Of a DNA stretch of 64,000 nucleotides, positions 10,500 through 23,261 are shown piece after piece. The notes below the pieces were generated by a model. The model was given only the letters and a program-made list of their open reading frames with translations. It searched no databases and was not told where the DNA came from. Source of the stretch: Ranitomeya imitator. Taxonomy: Eukaryota. Where the stretch lies: contig NC_091284.1 in NCBI RefSeq assembly GCF_032444005.1, positions 324,694,001 through 324,758,000 of the forward strand, written 5' to 3'. Position 1 is the stretch's first letter. The number at the start of each line of letters is the position of its first letter. The translations under genes were made by a program, and so were the position numbers.

Positions 10500-13173
10500 T
10501 AGGGTTAAGCAAACCCAAATTGTAAAGTTCAGGGTTTGTACCGGTACCGAATCCCCCCCCCCCCAATTTTTTTTGCCAAATGTCCACATTTCGGGCTTGG
10601 ATGCCTAATAAAGTTTGTTGAAAGGCTGCAGTGCAGCCAATCAACAAGCTTTTAGGCTGCAGGCACTTCCTGAGCCATCACAGACAAGTCAAGTATTGGC
10701 ATGTCTGTGATTGGTCTGCGTTGACGGACTGTATAAATGCCGAAACACGGGTGCCCCCGCCATTCTGCTCTGATTAACGTAGGGATCAGGATGCAGCTGG
10801 AGTGAGGGAGAGTGTTAGATTCTGTGTGTGCACACTCTGCAAAAAATCCTCTATGTGTACTCTGCACCCATGTCTGTGGGATTAATGTGCCAAAAAGACT
10901 CTTTGTGTAATGTGTACTGTGCACCCTTGTCTGTGAGAGTATTGTGCCTTTAAGCCTCTGTATACTCTGCACCTCTGTCTGTTGGAGTACTGTGCCTTTA
11001 CGCCTCTGTGTGTACTCTGCACCTGTGTCTGTGGATGCACTGTGCCTTTAAGCCCCTGTGGGTACTCTGCACCCGTGTCCATGCGAGTACAGTGCTTAAC
11101 CAATTTTTTATACTCTACACCCGCATCTGTGAGAATGCTGTGCCTAACCAATTTTTTTATACTCTGCACCTGTGTCTGCGCGAGTACTATGTCTAACCAT
11201 TTTTTAAATTATACTCAGCACCCATGTCTGTGCGTTATCAGTGCTGGCTATGTTCGTGGAGTACTCGATTCAGGGCAACATGGCAGACACATCACGCATG
11301 GAGGCCCACTCGTTGGTGGTGAAATGGTGTTCCACAGAGCAACTCACCCCTGCGTGCTGCATCTCCACTATCGTCTACTGCTGCTCGCATAGTCTCTCCA
11401 GCATACGCAAGGTGGACTTCCATCTTGTGGGTACATCGCATGAGGTAGTGAACGGGAAGGCATAAGTGACACTGCAGTGCAGGTAGGCAAGCAGCAGGGT
11501 GAGAACGCCAAAAGTACGCACAGAGGGCCCGCACTTTCTGAAGCAGCTCTGACATCTCGGCTATTTTTTCAGAAAGCTCTGCATCGCCAGCAAATATGTC
11601 AGTTAAAGGATGTGCATCAAACCGGCTAGCCCTATAGTGATTTAGAGCCATCAACCACTCATTGGTCTGTTGTTTAATCCTCGTCCACAGCTCTTGCGCG
11701 GTGTCTGATTTTTTTTCCCCAAACAGATGAATTTCAGAACAGTCTGCTGTTGTTTCCCCCTGACTCTGCTGAAGTTGGTCATGTACTGAATGTGGAGACA
11801 ATGGAAGAAGTGGAGAAGGAGGCAATATGAAGATAGCAACATCCAAAAAACATCCATCAATCCTCCGTTTTGGTAAGACATGCGCCAAAACATTTTCAGC
11901 CTCAGGTCCAGCCGCTACTACATTTACCCAATGAGCAGTTAGGGAGATATAATGTCCCTGCCCATGCTTAATGGTCCAAATATAGGTGGTTATGTGGACC
12001 TTTACACTGATGGCTTTTGCACAGTGCACACATGATTTTGTCTGCAGCAGTTGGCACCTGTGTTTCATCATCATAAGAGATGTGCTGCGGTGGTCTTCTT
12101 ATGGTTTGTGATAACCCTTCCATGTACTCATCCTTAAACAGAAAAAGTGGTTGGGCATCAGTGCACTCACTTTCTTCTACTTGTGGGGAAGGGCCCCATG
12201 GATGGCACACGGAACCCCATCCAGCATAGTCAGCAGAAGTGACTCCTGCATGACTTGTGGCTCAGGCTGCTTGTCTGATTTGCAAGGGGGTGAGTTGGAA
12301 GACAGATGCCCATGGACCTCAGGTGCAAAATCTGCACTGTCAGTAGAGGACCAGGTAGAAGGCAAAGCGAAGGAACTTAAAGCACTCTCAGCCATCCAAT
12401 CTAAAACCACCTTGTTTTTAGTCTACTTGTTCTGGCCTCACCATTCATCCAGTGGTACTCAGGCCTATGAAGTTACACAGAACGTCCTGTCACCTGCGTG
12501 AACCAGAGGAAAGTGTTTCATTTGGGCGCGTAGCAGGAACATATCGACCATGTCCTCTCTCTACCTGCAGCAGCTGCATCAGCAGCAACACGGCCACGTC
12601 CCCTATTTGATGCTCTCCTCATTCTTTGCACCCCAAAAAAGTGCAGAGTATTACGTGGACTGTATACAGAAAGAAAGTGGCCTGCACTGTCTGCAGTGCC
12701 CCCACAGAGCCTGTTTTCAGAATTCCCCCTCATAAAATATATAAAAAACAAAGCATAAAAACAGTGTTGGCTACCTCCTCATCCTCCAACTATTCCCCCT
12801 ACACCTCCATGTCCATGTCCACTTCATCCTCAACCTGCTACTCCCCTTGGACCTCTGCCTCCTGGTTCAGATTTTTCATCGCTCTTTCCTGGTTCAAGAT
12901 TATTTTATATGTTTTTAATCTGTTATTCTAAGTCATTTTCCTATCCACATTTGTTTGCAAGGAAACTGTCCTGTTTACCCCCATTTTGCTTTCTTTTGCA
13001 GCCCCTTAGCCCTTACTATGACCATTTTACAGCCATTTTACAGCACTGAAGTTTGGGTCCCCATTGATTTCTATTGGGTTTGGGTTTGGGGTCAAGTTTG
13101 GATACTGAACTGATCTTTAAACTGCAATTCGTCTGAATCAGACAAACCTGAACATCCACAGGTCCGGTCCCTA
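10500..13173 (-). mobile_element. internally deleted, decayed hAT element
   Basis: TAGGG...CCCTA ends with a perfect 8-bp TSD ATGACAGT (10492-10499, 13174-13181); remnants KVHITTYIWTIKHGQGHYISLTAHWVNVV and CDVPTRWKSTLRML on the minus strand. Confidence 0.9.
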
Positions 13174-13554
13174 ATGACAGTATCTGGTTGCTGGTTTCTT
13201 TCCTTTAATTCTTGTAACTATATTTCAAAGAAATAACCGACTGGTCCAAACAGTTATCCCAGTATTCTGCTGATTGCTGTAGATACAGCTCCTAGGATCC
13301 CTATTTTCTGAGGAAGCTTTGTTCAGCCATTTTGGCACATAGACGGACTTTCTGACACCCTATTAGGACATTTAGAAATGGTTGTCTTCATGAGACAACC
13401 ACTTTAAGTACTTTATTGCCTTGAGATCTCTTTAACAATCCATACCTGGGTGAGAAATAGGTTATAAATTGGGTCAAAGCACCCCTGCACTATATTTGCT
13501 TGCATTCCCAGTGATATCATCAACACACTGGTTGTGGTATATGCAAGTGATTAA

Positions 13555-14160
13555 TGGGAATATGTCATCAGGTTTTTTCCATGTAATCTGAGGGTAGCAT
13601 GATGTAGGGACAGAGATGCTGATTCAGTTTTCTGTGTACACTGTGCATTGACAGAAAGCTGCTAATAGGTGATAGGGACAGTGTTACACAGAGAAGTTAA
13701 GCCCCCGTCACACACAGCGAGATCGCTAGCGAGATCGCTGCTGAGTCACAAGTTTTGTGACGCAACAGCGATCTCAGTAACGATCTCGCTATGTGTGACA
13801 CGTAGCAGCGACCAGGCCCCTGCTGTGAGATCGCTGGTCGTGTCGGAATGGCCTGGGCCATTTTTTGATCGTTGAGGTCCCGCTGGGTAGCACACATCGC
13901 TGTGTTTGACACCTTACCAACGACCTCGCTGACAGGACGTCCCATTGAATCATCATGAAATAGCATCGTTCTACAGGTCGCTACAGGTCGCCGCATCGCT
14001 GCTGCGTCGTTGGTGAGATCTCACTGTTTGACATCTCACCAGCGACCACATAGCGACGCTTGAGCGATCCCTGACAGGTCGTATCGTTGTCGGAATCGCT
14101 CAAGCGTCGCTATGTGTGACGGGGCCTTAAGATTACATTGCCAGAGACAACTAGTCCTCT
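13555..14160. mobile_element. decayed Kolobok/T2-like MITE hosting the 13700 MITE
   Basis: TTAA then TGGGAATATGTCATCAGG...ATGTAATCTGAGGG, similar to the element starting at 50743; right end unclear. Confidence 0.45.
13700..14127. mobile_element. Harbinger-type MITE (AGGNNCCGTCACAC family)
   Basis: TIR AGCCCCCGTCACACA / TGTGTGACGGGGCCT at a TTAA site; internally palindromic. Confidence 0.85.
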
Positions 14161-14328
14161 ATTGATAATCTCCTGCTGTCCTTACTATATTTTTTCTGAC
14201 CAGTCCAAAGTTGGTTACATTCTTTATTGTTTGGAGATGCACTGGTGCAGGCTGCATCATTGAGGGAACGTGGGGACTCTATGATGCATTCTCTACTATC
14301 TTTCCTGTAAAGCTTTTGACGAACCGGG

Positions 14329-15088
14329 TGTGGAGATACGGGGGTCGGCGGGCACCCCGGGTCTGGTAGCTGGAACCGCATGGACCAGGCATTGTTCTGC
14401 CAAATGCCCGCTCTCCCCTTAATGTGGGCGTAATGCTTCTCAGACAACAAAGGGTGAGGGTAAAACAGTGGGGCAATGCTTAGCTGGACTACAAAACAGG
14501 CAGATAACACACAGAACAGTTCCAGCAGAGTACCCAAGATGGTGCACATTACAGAGTCTCACCCTTCCGCTGACTTGCCTAGATAATAGCAGCTGTGACT
14601 TCAGATCTTCCAGGGTCGCTACCCCACCTGTGGCACGCACACAGAGAGGAAGTAACGACAACCATAGGAAGATGACAGTCCATTCAATCCATACAAGGCC
14701 AGTTGATCCGAGGATCACAACCTGGATTCATCTTCCAGAATCGGTTACACCACCTGTACCAAGCACACAGAAAGGAGATAACTACGATTGTCAGAAGATG
14801 ACAGTTCAATGAGTCCATACAAGGTACAAGGCCAGTTGATCCGAGGATCACAACCTGGCCTCTCCAAACATATCCATGGTTCAGAGATGGTCAATGCAGC
14901 AGATCTATATTCTTTCAACCGGGGCCGAAAACCCCTAGATTTTTTCCTGTAGAATAATAGATCTGTGTCCCTTGTGATGGTGCCATGATGAATTGACTGC
15001 TGTCCTGTCTCCGGTCCTTTGGATGTATAGATGTTTTGGCAGAATCTAATTAACAAGAGTCCTTCAGTCCAGCATCACAGATAAGGGG
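14329..15088. mobile_element. dispersed LTR-like repeat, copy 1 (copy 2 at 19621-20300)
   Basis: Shared start TGTGGAGA..CG..GGGGGTC and shared blocks CTCAGACAAC, CCAAGATGGTGCA.ATTACAGAGTC..ACCCTTCCGCTGACT; no TSD found. Confidence 0.6.
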
Positions 15089-15294
15089 GAGAATAATAAT
15101 GAGATCAAGTAGCATTACTTGATTATTTAATCTATTTGCATAGTTTTTCCTTCTCTGCTTTCAAAGTCAACAAACTGGCTCCATAACACAATGCATAATT
15201 AGCATATCAGCAAACATCACTATTCATAAAGGATAAGAGCACAATATGTTATATGAAATATAAGCTTATTGGGTACTTAAGATACAATGCTGTG

Positions 15295-15700
15295 TCTTCA
15301 CACCGGGTAAAGTTCACTATGCCACTGAATCCATACTGAAGCTCAGATAAGGGACTAACTCTGTGGGACATTATGCCATCCAGGTCCGCATGCTATCTGC
15401 TGAATTGAGCTGGAACAATGATGCTCTCCTGGCTGTTTTCTAAGCCAGCTTTTCCAGCAGAATCAAAGATGAACTTGCTGGGAGGGCTTTGCCATTTTAC
15501 CTTGTTGACTTGATATCCCTTGTAGCCCGAGTGGACCTGTATTTTAAAGAACTATCTAAGGGAAAGGCACTTGATTCACATGCATCATCCTGAATCATCT
15601 TCAAAATCTCCTCCCAGAATGGCTGAACCAGAAACAATGGAGATCTGTTGGAAGAAAGTTTTATTACACTCACACAGCAAGAAACAAAATACCTCCCTAG
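15295..15700 (+). pseudogene. Ty3/Gypsy gag fragment
   Basis: Translates as LKLR*GTNSVGHYAIQVRMLSAELSWNNDALLAVF*ASFSSRIKDELAGRALP...LISLVARVDL, a retrotransposon gag domain. Confidence 0.75.
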
Positions 15701-15803
15701 CTGACGCAAACCAATAAAATCACCCTGACTAATTTTGTGAAGGCTGCTGTGATAGGTAGAGATTAGGGATATGAGTTATTTAATGAGCTTAGGTATGCCA
15801 TGA

Positions 15804-15857
15804 TGCCACTCCCCCTGACAAATGCACGCCACTGAAACACGCATTGGTGAAGTGGCA
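15804..15857 (+). ncRNA. degenerate type I hammerhead ribozyme motif (PLE type)
   Basis: TGCCACTCCCC-CTGACAA...GAAACACGCATT-GGTGAAGTGGCA; flanks pair as an extended stem I; core shows CpG-type decay. Confidence 0.5.
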
Positions 15858-16129
15858 CCATTGCTGTTACACAGGTATATCCTGTCCTCAGACTTTGCAG
15901 CAAAGCGATATGCATTAATTTGCTGGTAACATTTTTAGGTTCCCGTGTTTATAGTACATGCACTTTAAACTTTAGCATTTAATTGATAGTATATGTTCAC
16001 ACTAGGTTTCCAATACTCTGATATGTTACTTCCTCATGTCACAATACAATGTACTTGCTGCTACTGTAACAAAAAATTTTCCTGTAAGGCGATGGTGCCA
16101 CACTTCTGGCTCACCTTTTAAATATTTTA

Positions 16130-19100
16130 CATAGTAACATAGTTGAAGACACAAAAGAGAATAGTAAAACCAAAAACACTCAGTTTGAAAAAATGTTGCA
16201 GTAATCCGCAAGTGCTAGTAAAAGATGTAAAAAACAGGGTATTTGGTTGATACGTTTTCCTCTCTGAACCCTGTTCACACAGGTTATATACAGATGATCA
16301 GGTTTTTAAATACATCAGATAGGGATTGCATACATTAGTTAGGACTGCTCTGATAAGGGTATACCGTGAAGATTGGTAGAGCAGCTTAGTATACATTTTT
16401 TGCAAAAAACGTATCAACCAAATACCCTGTTTTTTACATCTTTTACTAGCACTTGCGGATTACTGCAACATTTATTCAAACTGAGTGTTTTTGGTTTTAC
16501 TATTCTCTTTTGTGTCTTCAGGTTTCTTGGTGGTGTGTGAACATGATCATACAGACTTGTTCACTGTGCAAGTAGCCCATGTGTTCCTGTTTCCATAGTA
16601 ACATAGTTATTAAGGTTGAAGGAAGACTTTAAGTCCATCTAGTTCAACCCATAGCCTAACCTAACATGCCCTAACATGTTGATCCAGAGGAAGGCAAAAA
16701 AAAAACGATGTGGCAAATAGTAAGCTCCACTTTGGGGAAAAAAATTCCTTCCCGACTCCACATATGACAATCAGACTAGTTCCCTGGATCAACGCCCTAT
16801 CAAGGAATCTAGTATATATAACCTGTAACATTATACTTTTCCAGAAAGGTATCCAGTCCCCTCTTAAATTTAAGTAATGAATCACTTATTACAACATCAT
16901 ACGGCAGAGAGTTCCATAGTCTCGCTGCTCTTACAGTAAAGAACCCGTGTCTGTTATTATGCTTAAACCTTCTTTCCTCTAGACGTAGAGGATGCCCCCA
17001 TGTCCCTGTTTCAGGTCTATGATTAAAAAGATCATCAGAAAGGTCTTTGTACTGTCCCCTCATATATTTATACATTAAAATAAGATCACCCCCTTAGTTT
17101 TCATTTTTCCAAACTAAATAGCCCCAAGTGTAATAACCTATCTTGGTATTGCAGACCCCCCAGTCCTCTAATAACCTTGGTCGCTCTTCTCTGCACCCGC
17201 TCCAGTTCAGCTATGTCTTTCTTATACACCGGAGACCAGAACTGTGCACAGTATTCTAAGTGTGGTCGAACTAGTGACTTGTATAGAGGTAAAATTATGT
17301 TCTCCTCATGTGCATCTATGCCTCTTTTAGTGCATCCCATTATTTTATTTGCCTTTGTAGCAGCTGCCTGACACTGGCCACTGAATATGAGTTTGTCATC
17401 CACCCATACACCCAGGTCTTTTTCATTGACGGTTTTGCCCAGAGTTTTAGAATTAAGCACACAACTATACATCTTAGTACTTCTACCCAAGTGCATGACC
17501 TTACATTTATCCCTATTAAAGCTCATTTGCCATTTATCAGCCCAAGCTTCTAGTTTACATAAATCATCCTGTAATAAAAAATTGTCCTCCTCTGTATTGA
17601 TTTAGTGTCATCTGCAAATATTGAAATTCTGCTCTGTATGCCACCTACAAGGTCATTAATAAATATGTAAAAAAGAAGAGGGCCCAATTCTGACCCCTGT
17701 GGTACCCCACTGCTAACCGCGACCCAGTCCGAGTGTGCTCCATTAATAACCACCATTTGTTTGCTATCCCTGAGCCAGCTCTTAACCCACTTACACATAT
17801 TTTCCCCTATCCCCATTATTCTCATTTTATGTATCAACCTTTTGTGTGGCACCATATCAAAGGCTTTTGAAAAGTCCATATACACTACATCCACTGGGTT
17901 CCCTTGGTCCAGTCCGGAACTTACCTCTTCATAGAAGCTGATCAGATTAGTCTGACATGAACAGTCCCTAATAAACCCGTGCTGATACTGGGTTATGAGG
18001 TTATTCCTCTTCAGATACTCCAGTATAGCATCCCTTAGAATGCCCTCCAGGATTTTACCCACAGCAGAGGTTAAGTTTACTGGCCTATAATTACCGAGTT
18101 CAGTTTTTGTTCCCGTCTTGAATATTGGCACCACATTTGCTATACGCCAGTCCTGTGGTACAGACACTGTTATCATGGAGTCTTTAAAGATTAAAAATAA
18201 TGGTCTATCAATGACAGGACTTAATTCCTGCAGTACTCAAGGGTGTATCCGATCCGGGCCCGGAGATTTGTCAATTTTAGTGATTTTTAGATGCCGCCGT
18301 ACTTCCTGCTGGGTTAAGCAGGTGACAATTAATGGGGAATTTTTATCATTAGTCATATTGTCTGCCATGGGATTTTCTTGTGTAAATACTGATGAAAAAA
18401 AGTCATTTAGCATATTGGCTTTTTCCTCATCCTCATCCACCATTTCACCCAGACTATTTTTAAGGGGGCCAACACTATCATTTTTTAGTTTTTTACTATT
18501 TACGTAGTTAAAGAATATTTTGGGATTATTTTTACTCTCTCTGGCAATGAGTCTCTCTGTCTCAAGCTTTGCTGCCTTGATTTGCTTTTTACATAATTTA
18601 TTTAATTTTCTGTATTTATTTAATGCCTCATCACTACCTACTTAATTTAATTCTCTAAATGCTTTCTTGTTGTCACTTATTGTGCCCCTTACAGCTCTAT
18701 TTAGCCATATTGGTTTCCTCCTATTTTTAGTATGTTTATTCCCATACGGTATATACTGTGCACAGGTCCTATCCAGGATGCTAATAAACGTCTCCCATTT
18801 TCTTTGTGTATTTTTATGTCTCAGGATATCGTCCCAGTTAATTGCACTAAGATCCTCTCTCATCCGTTGGAAATTTACCCTCCTGAAGTTTTGTGTCCTT
18901 GTAACCCCCCTACTACACATCTTTTTAAAGGATACATGAAAACTTATTATTTTGTGATCACTATTCCCCAAGTGACCCCCAACCATTATATTTGCTATGC
19001 GGTCTGGCCTATTGGTTAATATTAGGTCTAGCAGTGCCCCCCTTCTTGTTGGGTCCTGAGCCAATTGTGAAAGGTAATTGTCTCTCATAGTTGTCAAAAA

Positions 19101-19405
19101 TCGATTACCTTTGCTGGAACTGCAGGTTTCTGTTCCCCAATCTATTTCAGGGTAGTTGAAGTCCCCCATAATAATGACTTCCCCTTGAGTCACAGTTTCA
19201 TCTATTTGCTTTATGAGGATATTCTCCGTAGCTTCCATTATTTTTGGAGATTTATAACAAACCCCTATTTACTTATTATTTCTACCCCTCCCTTTATCTC
19301 CACCCACAGGAACTCTACATTTTCATTAGATTCACCTATATTATCATGCAGGATGGGTTTTAAGGATGATTTTACATATAGACACACCCCTCCCTCTCGC
19401 CTATT
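16130..19405 (-). mobile_element. CR1-clade LINE, 5'-truncated within the ORF2 endonuclease
   Basis: APE motifs IMGDFNYPEIDW, LDLILTN, LGNSDHKI; RT YMDFSKAFDMVPH, GVPQGSELGP, FADDTK; C-terminal LVRPHLEYCAQFWSP, FFTVRAARLWNSLP; 3' tail (ACTATGTT)n; frameshifted. Confidence 0.95.
16145..16593 (+). mobile_element. 449-bp insertion with ~115-bp inverted repeat and 15-bp TSD; probable severely 5'-truncated Penelope-like element
   Basis: Arms 16145-16258 and 16406-16519 (one mismatch seen), unpaired 3' tail 16520-16593, flanked by CATAGTAACATAGTT at 16130-16144 and 16594-16608. Confidence 0.65.
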
Positions 19406-19620
19406 TTAATGATTTTATGTTATATTTTTGTATTGTATCACAATAAAATATCCTATATTTGAGTAGTACCTGGTGCACCCCCCTTCTTTCTTTATATGTT
19501 CTTTTTACAATAAAGTCATTGCAGAGTAACACACAATTTAACAGTAACAAGAGGAGTGAGAGTCCGCTCACAAGCCAGATTATGAGGAAGAGTTAGATTA
19601 GTGAAGTGAGACAATAGGCT

Positions 19621-20300
19621 TGTGTGGAGACGTGGGGGTCAGCGTGTGCTCTAGTCGCACTGATCATCCCACTGAACACCCGCTATCCTTTTACCGTGGG
19701 CATATTACTCAGACAACACAGGGTCAAGGTAAAGCAGTGAGGCAATCCTTTATTAAACACAGAGATACATAGAACAGTCCCAGCAAAATAACCAAGATGG
19801 TGCAAAATTACAGAGTCCTACCCTTCCGCTGACTCACCGGGATTAAAGAAACTGTGACTTCCAGGGCCGACTAACCCCATCTGTGGTATGCACAGAGAGG
19901 CCGTAAAGATAAAGTTAGGAAGTTGACAGTTCATTGAGGTTCAAGGCCAGATGAATGAAGGGTCACCATCTAGCTTCTCTGAACATCTCCTTGGAGCCAG
20001 GTAATTGGTGGGTCCCAATTCTGGCTTTCCCAAACATATCCATGGGGCTCAGGTGACTGGTGGGTTTGAATCCTGGCTTCCTCAAACATATCCATGGGTT
20101 CAGTGATGATCTGTATTCTTTCAGCTGGGACTAAGGTCCCCTAAGCTGGCATCCTGTAAAATTACAAATCTGTGTACCTCGTGATTGAGCCATGATGTCC
20201 TGGCTACTGTCTTGTAGAGTGTCCCTGGCTGTGGTTTTGTAAAGAGTCTCTGGTTCTTTGGATCTTTTTTACAGAGGCATATCCACCTTATATAGTTCAC
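19621..20300. mobile_element. dispersed LTR-like repeat, copy 2
   Basis: Similar to 14329-15088; begins TG and has a candidate TCACA end. Confidence 0.55.
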
Positions 20301-21349
20301 AACTGTTCTCCTTCAAGCCATCATCCGGAGGTCAAGAGGAAGGTGTGATTAGATTAACTTATTATTATTATTATTATTATTTATTTATATAGCACCATTA
20401 ATTCCATGGTGCTGTACATGAGAAAGGGGTTACGTACTGCATTATAGATATCATTTACAGTAAGCAAATTTACAATGACAGACTGGTACAGAGGGGAGAG
20501 GACCCTATCCTTGCTGACTTACCTTCTATGGGATAATGGGGAAGAGACAGATGGTCGGGGGTGCGGCAGCTCGGGTGGTGCTGAGGTGGCAGCTCGGGTG
20601 GTGGTGAGACAGCAGCTCAGGTGGTGGTGAGGTGGCAGCTCGGGTGGTGGTGAGGCGGCAACCTTGGGTGGTGGTGAGGTAATAGAATGGTTATTGCAGG
20701 CTGTAGGCTTTCCTGAAGAGATGGGTTTTCAGGTTCCATCTGAAGGATCCGAGGGTGGTGGATAATCAGACGTGTTGAGGCGTGGAATTCCAGAGAATGG
20801 GGAATATTCAGGAGAAATCTTGGAGGCAGTTGTGTGAGGAGCGAATAAGTGTGGAGGAGAGTAGAAGGTCTTGGGAGGATCGGAGATTACATGAGGGTAG
20901 ATAGTGGGAGATTAGTTCAGAGATATAGGGAGGGGACAAGTTGTGGATGGCTTTGTAGATCAGTGTTAGTAGTTTGAACTGGATTCATTGGGAAATTGGG
21001 AGCCAATGGAGGGATTTGCAGAGAGGAGAAGCAGGGGAGTAGCGAGGAGAGAGGTGGATTAGCAGCAGAGTTCAGGACAGACTGGAGCGGTGCAAGAGAG
21101 TTAACGGGGAGGCCACAGAGGAGGGTGCTGCAGTAATCGAGCTGGGAGATGATGAGGGCATTCACAAGAGTTTTGGTAGATTGTGGGGTGAGAAAGGGAC
21201 GGATTCTGGCAATATTTTTAGTTGATAACCCTATGCGGTCTAACCCTAACAAGGAGCCAAAACGAAGAGATCCAGAATTGAATAAAATTCAAAAACGCTT
21301 TATTGTACAGAAATAAATAATGGTGCAAATAAGAGCACAAGCACCCTAA

Positions 21350-22290
21350 CAAATTTCAAAGACATTTTGGTAAAGCGTCATTATGAGGCCCCCACTTGGA
21401 CCATCTAGAGCCGCAGGGGGAGACCGGAAAGGCTTTTTTCCATGTGGACTCTGTAAAGGATGCCTTAGTCACATTAGATCAACGGAGTTTGGCAATTTTG
21501 ATGGATCTAAGACATACAAAATTAGAAAACATCTCAGTTGTAATTCTCAGGGGGTCATTTACCTGGCTTAATGCCCCTGTGGTGAAATATACGTAGGATT
21601 GACAACTAGGGAACTCAAAATTAGGACAAGGGAACACGTTAGGGACATCATTAAAGCCAAGAAGGTAGAAGACGAAACCTTTTTGAAGACCTTACCCAGA
21701 AACTTTAAAGGTACCGTCACACTCAGCGACGCTGCAGCGATATAGACAATGAGCCGATCGCTGGAGCGTCGCTGTTTAGGTCGCTGTAGAGACGTCAAAC
21801 ACAGCAACTCCAGAACGATGCAGGAGCGATCCAGTGACGTAATGGCGACTCACTTATCGTTCTCGCTGGTTGTTAGCTCTATGTAAAACATTGCTGGCAT
21901 CGTTGCTTTTGATGTCAAACATGACGATACACGCCGACCTGATGACGAAATAAAGTTCTGGACTTCTAGCTCCGACCAGCGATGGCACAGCGGGATCCAG
22001 ATCGCTGCTGCGTGTCAAACACAACGAGATCGCTATCCAGCACGCTGCAACGTCACGGATCATTGTCGTTGTCCTTGCAAAGTTGCTGAGTGTGACTATA
22101 CCTTAAGAAACACCATGATGGACAGGCCAGAGGTCTAGTGATTAAAGGCATTGATCAAATCAATCTAAATTTGTGAGGGGGTGACCTGGGTAGGACCCTG
22201 GCCCAACTTGAAAGTAGATGGATCTACAGGCTGGGAGCTATGGCCCCACAAGGTTTGAATGAGAGCTTGGGTTTTGCCTCATTCCTGTGA
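21350..22290 (+). pseudogene. PLE GIY-YIG endonuclease C-terminal remnant, interrupted by a MITE
   Basis: KDILVKRHY...KGFFPCGLCKGC...HLSCNSQGVIYLA*CPCGEIYVGLTTRELKIRTREHVRDI...RNF[MITE]KKHH...ESRWIYRLGAMAPQGLNE. Confidence 0.9.
21709..22103. mobile_element. Harbinger-type MITE
   Basis: TIR AGGTACCGTCACACT/AGTGTGACTATACCT; TAA TSD; removing the element and one TSD restores the N-F-K-K codons of the GIY-YIG frame. Confidence 0.9.
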
Positions 22291-22748
22291 ATATTTTAGA
22301 TCTTCCTCTACCTCTTTGTTTTCTTTCCTGTTTTATTTTATTGCTTTTGAGACATTCTTTTAGGGGATAGGGTAGGGTTTTTTTGTGCATTGGTTTTAAT
22401 ATTAAAGTGTTATTGCTTTTATCAATTCATGTTTTATATATCTTTACAGGAGTATGTGCTCTGGTTTGGGATTGCCTTTTCTTTCTTACATTTTGCACCG
22501 CCTAGGGAGGAGATTCTTTTGCTTTTCGACTTACGCAGGATGGAGATTCACCATTAGAATCATTAAGCCTGATGTCCTCATTCATATCTTCAGAGATTGA
22601 AGAACTGTACGAATGCTATATGGACACTTATTTGCTCTTTTTTATTACTGTATTGTTGTTTTTAGGGTCTCTTTTTGTCCATTATGATATTTCATGTGTG
22701 AGCATCACTGGTGCTTTCCCTTATACGGATTTCACCAATTTAGTTTAA

Positions 22749-23240
22749 AGGGAACCTGTCACCCTCCCCCCCCCCCCAGGCGTTTGTAACTAAAAGAGCC
22801 TCTTGTGCTTAGTGCTGAATTCTGACAAGGTGGCTCTTTTGGTTATTGGTGCTGTAACTTCAGAATTAATCCATTTAATAATTTGTCCCAAATACCTTGA
22901 ATCAGTCCTGGAGGCAGTTTCCCCCCCCCCCCCCCACTGCAAACGCAGCACCGCCATCACTCATGTCCTCTTGGCACCAGGTGCCGCCTCCTCAGCGCTG
23001 TTTTCAAATGAGCCAGCGCTTGTGCTCTTTTCTAATGCCTTGGGCATGCGCAGTGGGCACTGCCCATCTTCTGTCCTCATTTGCAGTCTAGCTGACTGCG
23101 CGTGTGCGGCCGCCCTGCCTGAGATCCCGCCCCGCAGTGTCTTCTAATTTATTCTCACTGCGGGGCTGGGATTCATGGGCATGAGCAGTGCATATCTAAA
23201 CCTCTCACTCATCTCCCTCCGCCTTCTTCAGACTTTACAC
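22749..23240. mobile_element. Kolobok/T2-like MITE fragment (left end only)
   Basis: TTAA followed by AGGGAACCTGTCA; no matching right TIR found. Confidence 0.6.
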
Positions 23241-23261
23241 TAATAATAATCACTATATACA

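Noticed and set aside
16144-16520. Ordinary MITE with 115-bp TIRs
   Set aside because: No short TSD flanks the arms; a 15-bp duplication encloses the arms plus an extra 74-bp tail, so it is reinterpreted as a truncated PLE.
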